Position numbers and translations under genes: made by a program. Below are positions 28,801-38,700 of a stretch of DNA of 64,000 bases, in pieces. The notes beneath the pieces were generated by a model that was not told the origin of the DNA, searched no databases, and was given only the letters and a program-made list of their open reading frames with translations. Numbering within the stretch: the stretch's first letter is position 1; every line of letters starts with the position of its first letter. The DNA comes from Eledone cirrhosa (lineage: Eukaryota): assembly GCA_964016885.1 (NCBI GenBank), contig OZ024755.1, forward strand, positions 4,712,001 through 4,776,000, written 5' to 3'.

Positions 28801-31800
28801 CCAGAGTTAATTTTCTGTTTTATTCTTTCAAGTATGATGAAATAAGTATCAGTCAAGTATTGATGTTGAATTAACTTATCATCATCATCATCCTTGCTCC
28901 TAAATAGATGCCCTTGTGTCTCTCTTAGGAACCCTTATTTATTTAATTTAACCCTTTACCATTTACATTACTCTATATATATACTATTGTATTTTTTGGT
29001 AAAGGCTTTATCTTACATAATATTGAATCTACGAGATTTTGATATTATTTATTTTGAGAACAATACCTTAACATCAGTATGAGTGGCCAGTTATGGCCAG
29101 TTTGAACAGAAAGAGGTGAGAGAATATGGCCAGTTTAAATGCTAATGGGTTAAATTTAAAAAAACTGTATGCATGTGTGATTTCTATCAAAATAATTATG
29201 TTTTCTTTGCTTCAGATTAACAAAGAATGCTTACCTTGAGATCGGCTTGGTTTGTCTTTCTTACATAAAAGGAAGCGCAACTTTTCACTGCCAAAAGTTA
29301 AGAGTAAGTCTCTAATTTAACTTAATCTTTGAAGGATATACTATATATATATATATATATATCATCATGATCATCATAATCACCGTTTAATGTCCATTTT
29401 TACATACTAGCATAGGTTAGACAAGTTGTCCTGTTGTGAGCAATGCCAGGTAAGGTGACCATGTCTTGCTCATGCAGAACTGATTTTGGCTTTGTTTCTA
29501 CAGCTGGATTCCCTTCCTAACGCCAACCTCATTTATAGTGAGTACAGGGTTGCTTTTTGTCATGTCACCTACACAACCACTTTACAGTGTAGACTGGGTG
29601 CTTTTGGTCGTGTCACCTACACAACCACTTTACAGTGTAGACTGGGTGCTTTTTGTCGTGTCACCTACACAACCACTTTACAGTGTAGACTGGGTGCTTT
29701 TTGTTGTGACGACTGCATGACCATTTTTACAGCTATATAAATATAGCTTTTAAAGAATGTTGTAGGTGGTAAATGTCAAATTGTTTTCCTTGCTAGTCAT
29801 CCCCTAAATCAAGTTACATAATCTACAAACCCTCCAAAACTTGACTCTAATCAGAAATTCTCAGATCACCTAAGAGTTCTTCAAGATATATCCACACACT
29901 ATGGTAACCAGCCGAAAAAGAGATGAACTGTTAAAGGTTAAAGGAATCTATAAAATAATTAAGCTGGCAGAGGAATAGATATGTCACTTATCAACAATGG
30001 AAGCATGAAATGTTCATTGATGACATTCAGTTAAGAGAGAAGAATTCAGTTAATAGTGATGTGGATTCTATGTAAGTACCGACTCCATCCTACAGGAAGC
30101 TTAGAGTAGAAGATGTTACCCAGTGCTGGATTTAACCCTTTAGCATTAAAACTGGCCATATCTGGCCAGAATTCTCTCACCTCTTTCTGTTCAAATCGGC
30201 TGTAACCGGCCATTCATACTGTTGTTAAGGTATTGTTCTCAAAATATATAATATCAAAATCTCATAGATTCACTATTATGTGAGATATTATGTGAGGTAA
30301 AGCCTTTTACCGTGAAAATATAATAGTAAATATAATGTAAAGGCTAAAGGGTTAACATTGTGCGTAGGTGTACTTAAGCACAGGGCCCCATTTGCCGGGG
30401 ACCCAAGTAAAGGACCTCATAACTTAACTAGCACAGGGCCTCATTTGTCCTAAATCTGGCACCGATGTTATAATAGCTTGAAAAGGAACTATGGGTTTTG
30501 TGTGTTGAAAAGAGCAACAGTGATTGATAGCCACAGATATTTCGGTAGCGTTGAAAAAAAGCATTATATGATGTTTAAAAAATGACAGGGAAGTAGCAAT
30601 CAGATTGAGGTTTTCAACTTGATCCCAGCTTTCTATGAAGGGCCCAATGAGTGCAAAGAGAAAAATAATAATATGAAGGATTAATTAATTTATAAAAGCA
30701 GTACATGGCTAAGAAATTATTGATTAATGATATACATTGTAAACTTTATTTTGATGAAATATCATGAATAATCAGATATTTTATACTTTTGTTGGTTGTG
30801 TTTATAAATTATCCTTTTTCTCATCTTTAGCAAAAATCTGGGAAGAACGGGGTTGAAAATCGATTTTGTCTTCTGGAGCCCCAAAAAAGAAAATATTTTG
30901 CATTGCTTGCTTGGTTGGCCATCCGGACTACAGGAATTCTCTCAGGCAAACATATGGAAGAAATTAAATTAAGTGGCACCATGCAATTTGTAAGCCAAGT
31001 TGAGATGACTCCAAAATCATACAACAAAATACCAGAATATATTAATTTGGATTTATTTGGAAGATATGTGTTTGGAAAGAACAATACGAAATATGATGGT
31101 AACATTAATTTTTTTTCTATTGTTTTTACATGGATTTTTTTATTATTTATTTTTATTTTTACTAAGAGATGTCCCATTGTGAGACAAGACAGGTTGGATG
31201 ACCGTGTTTTGCTCGTATAGAACTGATTTTGGCTTGCTTTCTATGGTTGGATGCCCTTTCTAACACCAACCACATTTGCAGTGTGAACTGGGTGCTTTTT
31301 ATCATGACTCCTACACAACCACTTTATAGTGGGGACTGGGGACTTTTTATCATGACTCCTACACAACCACTTTATAGTGGGGACTGGGGACTTTTTATCA
31401 TGACTCCTACACAACCTCTTTACAGTGTGGACTGGGTACTTTTTATCATGACTCCTACACAACCACTTTATAGTGGGGACTGGGGACTTTTTATCATGAC
31501 TCCTACACAACCACTTTATAGTGGGGACTGGGGACTTTTTATCATGACTCCTACACAACCTCTTTACAGTGTGGACTGGGTACTTTTTATCATGACTCCT
31601 ACACAACCACTTTATAGTGGGGACTGGGGACTTTTTATCATGACTCCTACACAACCACTTTATAGTGTGGACTGGGTACTTTTTATCATGACTCCTACAC
31701 AACCACTTTATAGTGGGGACTGGGTACTTTTTGTTATGGTTCCAGGATGACCATTTTATGATGTTAATAATTAAATATAGATTTGGACTTTAATAATTGT

Positions 31801-34800
31801 TTCTACTTTAGGCACAAGGCCAGCAATTACCCAGTGCATTACTGGTACTTTATTTTACGGGGTCGATAAAATAAAGTACCAGTAATGCACTGGGTAATTG
31901 CTGGCCTTGTGCCTAAAGTAGAAACAATTATTAAAGTCCAAATCTATTAATAATGAAAATCAATGGTGATTCATTTAATTGTGTTTCTTTACCAGAGAAA
32001 TCATGTCATGCTGGTTTAGTCTAAAACAAATTGCATGTTTCTTTTATATATGTATATATTTTCTTTTGTTTTTTTCTTTCAACTAATTTTGCCAAAGTTT
32101 CTGACGTCCTGGTATTGGAGAATCAGAAAAATGAAAATATAGATTCTGACGAGGAAAAAATGAAGTCATTTAAGAATTTAAATTCTTCAAAGATTACTTG
32201 GTTTCATATATTTTGTAAGTGTATGTTTCATTAATAATGAAAAGGGCGGTGGATTGGCAGTATCGGTAGAGCGTCAGACATCATGCTTTGTAGCATAGAG
32301 TTATGGCCATTTACGTTCTGAGTTCAAATCCTGCCGAGGTTAGCTTTGCCTTTAATCCTTACGGGGTGGTTGATAAAATAAAGTACCAGTAATGTACTGG
32401 AGTCGATTTAATCATGGTGGTGGTGGTGATGGCAGTTCTGATGTTGTTGTTGTTGGTGGTGGTGGTGGCAGTTCTGATGTTGTTGGTGGTGGTGGTGGTA
32501 GTTCTAATGTTGGTGGTGGTGGTGGTGGTGGTAGTTCTAATGTTGTTGGTGGTGGTGGTGGTAGTTCTAATGTTGGTGGTGGTGGTGGTGGTAGTTCTGA
32601 TGTTGTTGGTGGTGGTGGTGGTGGCAGTTCTGATGTTGTTGGTGGTGGTGGTGGCAGTTCTGATGTTGTTGTTGTTGGTGGTGGTGGTGCTGATGGCAGT
32701 TCTGATGTTGGTGGTGGTGGTGATGGCAGTTCTGATGTTGGTGGTGGTGGCAGTTCTGATGTTGTTGTTGGTGGTGGTGGTGGTGCTGATGGCAGTTCTG
32801 ATGGTGGTGTTGGTGGTGGTGGCAGTTCTGATGTTGGTGGTGGTGGTGGTGGTGGTAGTTCTGATGTTGGTGGTGGTGGTGTTGGTGATGGTGGTGGTAG
32901 TTCTGATGTTGTTGGTAATGACAGTGTTGGTGGTGGTGGTGGTGGTAGTTCTGATGATGTTGTTGGTGGTGGTGGTGGCAGTTCTGATGTTGTTGGTAAT
33001 GACAGTGTTGGTGGTGGTGGTGGTGGTAGTTCTGATGATGTTGTTGGTGGTGGTGGTGGTAGTTCTGATGATGTTGTTGGTGATGGTGGTGGTAGTTCTG
33101 ATGTTGTTGGTAATGACAGTGTTGGTGGTGGTGGTGGTGGCAGTTCTGATGATGTTGTTGGTGATGGTGGTGGTAGTTCTGATGTTGTTCTTGTTGTATA
33201 TTTCTTTAACAAACATGAAATATTTACCAAGAATGGTTTTTTTTTTCTATTTATCCACAGCTTATTATATTTATTTATCCGACCAACTTCACCAAACTAA
33301 TATTTCTACCAGTGAAACATTTCTAAACGGTGATTCCAAACCTGATGAAGCACCAGAATCCTTTTATAGAACATTCCTCTATTCTATGTCACTTGACCAT
33401 TCCATGAAACTACAATATGATAACACCTACTCCTTCATGACACAGAACTTTCCATTATTTACACAAAATTGTTCCATTATTAACATTCCAGTTGAAATCG
33501 AAGAAGTAGCAGCTGTCATAAATAATATTGTGGAAGAGACGCAAACAGTTACGCCTGATTCAGTGAAAATATTAAACCTTGAGAGTTTAACGCCACCAAA
33601 ATTTTCAGCTCAGGAGTCCCATATTGTATATAATAGAGCTATCTTCCCTTCTTCTTTACAATTCCCTAGATATGAAGAAGTGTGTTTCCAATGGTATAGT
33701 CCTTTACTTGACTCTGTTTCCCAGAAAAAACCTCAAAATCCATCTGACAGCAACTATCTCTACCTTCTGTGTGCTATAACTAAAAAGTTGAAAGCAGATG
33801 AAATTCTATGTTATACAAACTTTTTCATATTGCCATGCAATTTTGCTATTGATCTTTATAAACGGTATAAGTAATATTTTATTTTTAATTTTTAATTATT
33901 TTACACTTAGCTCTATATAAATTTGTTTTGCAAGGTTTTTGATATGAAATTGTGTGTCGAAACAAATATTGTTATACTTGGAGAGGGTCATATTGTTATA
34001 ATATTGCCAGAAATAATAACAGAACACACTCACTGTTTGGTTGGTTTCTGCTTCTGTATCTTTTATATCTCCACAGTTAATTTATTTGGCAATCAATGTT
34101 TATCATTGATTGACCAGCAGTTAAAAATGATGATGTTGCAGATGTGCAATGAAAGAACTTTGATATATATTTATATCTGTATTTTTAACCGTTGATCAAT
34201 CAATGATAAACACTGATTGCCAAATAAATTAACTATGGGGATATAAAAAAATACAGAAGCAGAAACAAACCAAACAGTGAGTGTGTTCTGTTATTATTTC
34301 TGGCAATATTATAACAATATGACCCTCCCCAAGTATAACAATATATATATGTAAATTGATTTCTACTTATATATAATTGATATTCTAACATATTATGGCT
34401 GGGTTAAAATGTCATAAAAAACCTTTAAAAAACTTGAAAATATTAAAAAACACTTCTTCAAAAAAGATTTTAAAAACTTCCTTGAAAAATGTTTTCATGA
34501 TACAGGAGATGACAGAATGTGTTGAAGTTGTTTCTTTGCTGGTTGACCCCTGTATGTAGTCGTTTCCTCCCTTGTCAGTTAGCCCCATATCATAATATAT
34601 GTGTGTGTGTGTATATATATATATATAAGCTATCGCCGTATTTGGACTAAAGAAATTAAAGAAATTATTTAGCCTGATAGTGGGGTTTAAGAACCCTTGG
34701 AGAAATGGAAAAAGATGAATATTGACGTACATGTACGTCAATATTCATCTTTTTCCATTTCTCCGAGGGTTCTTAACCCCACTATCAGGCTAAATAATTT

Positions 34801-34884
34801 CTTTAATTTCTTTAGTCCAAATACGGCGATAGCTTACATTTCTAATAATTTCAAACCCACTCGCTGTTTCGAAAATATTCTTAC

Positions 34885-34919
<35 letters not shown>

Positions 34920-35680
34920 TATATTTGATCCGACTTTTGAGATTTGAACTTGATTGGCTCCGATGATCCACGTGGAAGCCACTGTTTTAACTGCTGTTTG
35001 GATTCAGGATCATACTGGTGGATCCAGGTTTCATCTCCGGTGATGATTCTGGTCAGGAAATGCTCTTCATCAACTTCAATTTTGTTTAATATCACCAAAG
35101 ACAGATCACTTCGAAGAATCAGCTGATCAGGGCACAACGCTTTTGGGACCCATTGCACTGAAAGCTTGCTTAGTCCCAAATTATCGTGCAGAATTGAATT
35201 TGCCGAACCATATGAAATGTCTAGGGACTTAGCTAACTGATTTACTGTTATTCTTCGATCTTCTTCAATTAAAGTCTGAGCAGCCTCAACGTTTTGGTCA
35301 TTTTTTTATGTTCCTAGTCTTCCACTGCGATGGTCGTCTTCAAGGTCATCTCTCCCTTGTTTGAATCGCTGAATCCACTTGTAGACAGCAGTTTTCTTTG
35401 AGGCAGTAGTGCCGTAAACTTTAACTAAAGCCTCCATAATCTGTGTCCCTTTCCATTTGAGTTTCACCAGAAACTTGATATTCGATCTTATCTCAAAATA
35501 ACTATTTTCCATTGTTCCAAAAAGAGGTTTTTTAAAGTGTGTCAGTACTGTACAATAGTCCGTGCATGACTGACTGCAAGTGACTAATAGCAAGGTCAAT
35601 GTTCTGACATGTTTAATATTGTTTTAACCTATTTTTTTCTTACTACGATAAAATTCCGCAAACTTTTTGATCCCCCCCTC

Positions 35681-35747
<67 letters not shown>

Positions 35748-38700
35748 TGTATACATATATTCATTCTGTCAACGAAATTGTTTATTAAAATTTTTTTTTT
35801 GTTTTTGTTTTTTGTTCTTCTCATTAGCATCAAGAATGTGATCTATCTGAAGGAAATGACTGAGAAACCAGCAAATATTAAGTCCAAGAAATCTATGTAT
35901 ACTCCAAAAAAGTCCATTTCTGCCACTGGCCCAGATCAGGAAGTTCCTGAATACCAGGTGACAATTTACATAATAATTTTTGATTTAGTCACAGGGACAA
36001 CAATTTGTTGAGGTGGAAAGTTGATTGAACCTAGCCCAGTATGTTACTGGTACTTTATTTTTTTATCATATTTATTTATATATATGTGTGTGTGTATGTC
36101 TATATATAAATGCAATTCATATATATACGTATATATGTGTCTATATATAAATGCAATTCATATATATACGTATATATGTGTCTATATATAAATGCAATTC
36201 ATATATATACGTATATCTATCTATCTAAGGCGGGTAAAATTCCCGAGATCCATGGACGAGTTCTCTCCAGCGGTCTCTATCCCTCATTATCGATGCCATA
36301 TCCTGCATCTCCAACAGACCAGTGTCTGTCCTTAGGGCATCAACATATGTTAACCTTGGTCTTCCTCTTCTAGTGTGTCCATGTAGGGGCTCCCAAAGGA
36401 GCACTGAGTGCAATGTCAATATGTGTCTATATATAAGTGTAATTCATATATATACGTATATATGTGTCTATATATAAGTGTAATTCATATATATACGTAC
36501 ACACTAATTATAACACCCACCCACCCATTCCAGTAAATATTATCATACATAAATTATTAACCATCTTGCCAACAACAACCCTGAACACCTTTTTGATTTC
36601 CATGTGTCTAACACATGAGGACATGCCTACAAAGTTAGAAGACATCACAGCTCTCATGACTTTCGGAAACATTTTTTCACACTCAGAGTTGCTGAAGCAT
36701 GGAACAAACTGCCTGCATCAGTTGTTAACTGTCGAGACACTGCATCCTTTAAAACCTCCATGGAACAAACTACCTGCATCAGTTATTAGCTGTCGAGACA
36801 CTGCATCCTTTAAAACCTCCATGGAACAAACTACCTGCATCAGTTGTTAGCTGCCAAGACACTGCATCCTTTAAAACCTCCATACTTCCTGAGATTCGCC
36901 AACACTACACCTGATATCCCCCCTCCATACACACATACACATGTATATCATGACTCATACACTATTCACTCTCCTGACATTTGTACATTATTATATGTAC
37001 TATACATGCACCTTTGATGAGTTGTAGTGCACCTGAGCACTGTACACAATAATTTCATTATTATTATTATTATTATATCCACCTGATTAACATTCTTTTT
37101 ATAAAAATAAATTTCTCTTTCCTTTCTCCTTTACTTTCCTGCTTTCTCTCTTTCTTCTCTCTCCTGATAAATACTATTACTACAACTCAACCCACTCCCC
37201 TCTAGTACTGCCACCAACACCACCATCACCACCATCACTTCACCACCAACACCATCACCACCACTAGTACCACTAGCACCACTACTACCATCACCACCAT
37301 TGCCAACACCACCACCACCACCAACACCACCACCACCACCACCAACACCACCACCAAACACCAACACCACCACCACCATCACTACCACTACCATCTTTCT
37401 AAATCCTAACCCTCCACACCCAAGCCTTCATTACATCAACACTCTTCCTCTCGCTGCCTCCATTACTTTCCTCCCCTCACCCCATCATACCTCCCCTTCC
37501 ACCCACTATTTTTCTGCATCTCTCTCCTACCATTCCTCAACTTCTTCCATTACCCTCCTCCTCCTTCTCTCTCACCCCCCTCCCTCTTAATAACGTCTGT
37601 GACATCAACTCTCCTGTCATGATGTGATTGTGGGATTTAGAGTTGATGTCGCTTAATATGGAATGGCAGGCCATGTGTAAGACAGCCGAGCGCCAACATA
37701 TGGAGTTCTTTAATATAACGAGAATTGACGATAGTGATTGCTAATTTAGGGAAAAGGCCAGCAATGTGAAGGGAAAAAGGAGCGAATTTTAATTAAAACG
37801 ATCCCAGTGCATTACTGGTATCTTATTTTATTGACATTGGCACGATTTGAACTCAGGACATAAAGAGCCGGAATAACTGGCACAAAGCCTGTTTTCTGAC
37901 GCTCTGCTGATTCTGCTAATCCACCACCTGTCAAACCAATAATAATTGGTTCTACTTTTGACACAAGGCCAGCAATTATCCCAGTGTATTACTGGTACTT
38001 TATCTTATCGACCCCGTAAGGATGGAAGGTAAAGTTAAACTCGGTAGGATTTGAACTCAGCGCCGTCCTTAATAATGGTTTCTGATTTAGACACAAGGCC
38101 AGCAATTTTGGAGGAGGGGAAAGTGATCAAATTGACCCCAGTACATTACTGGTACTTTATTTTATCGACCCTGTAATGTTGAAAGACAAAGCTAACCTTG
38201 GCGGGATTTGAACTTAGAACATAAAGGGCCATAACACTATGCCACTAAGCATGTTGTCCAATGCTCTACCGATTCTGCCATTCCATGAATATTGACATTT
38301 TTGCTTTTACATATTCTTTATAAATATCTTCCTTTATTTTTCTCATCTTACAGAAACAGTTGATAACAATTCTACAAGACATTCTACAGGAATTACTTCC
38401 AAAAGCAAATGATGTCATTTTACAGGTAATTTTCTTCTTTTAGTTATTATTGTTGTATTCTTGCACATGTGTGTGTGTCAGTGTTCTTAGAAATGTGTGT
38501 GCGTGTGTGTGTGTATCAGAAGTACTGTATTCTTGCACATGTGTGTGTGTCAGTGTTCTTAGAAATGTGTGTGCGTGTGTGTGTGTATCAGAAGTACTGT
38601 ATTCTTGCACATGTGTGTGTGTCAGTGTTCTTAGAAACGTGTGTGTGTGTGTGTGTGTGGATCAGAAGTACTGTATTCCTGCATATGTGTGCGTGTGTCA

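Noticed and set aside
29790-29940. Possible additional CFAP54 exon
   Set aside because: The candidate acceptors tested run into stops, and exons 29303 and 30831 already join in phase.
32359-33260. Gly-, Pro-, Thr- or Val-rich ORFs, including the first ~280 aa of the 486-aa ORF
   Set aside because: (GGT)n satellite; the real exon starts at the ccacag acceptor (33261).
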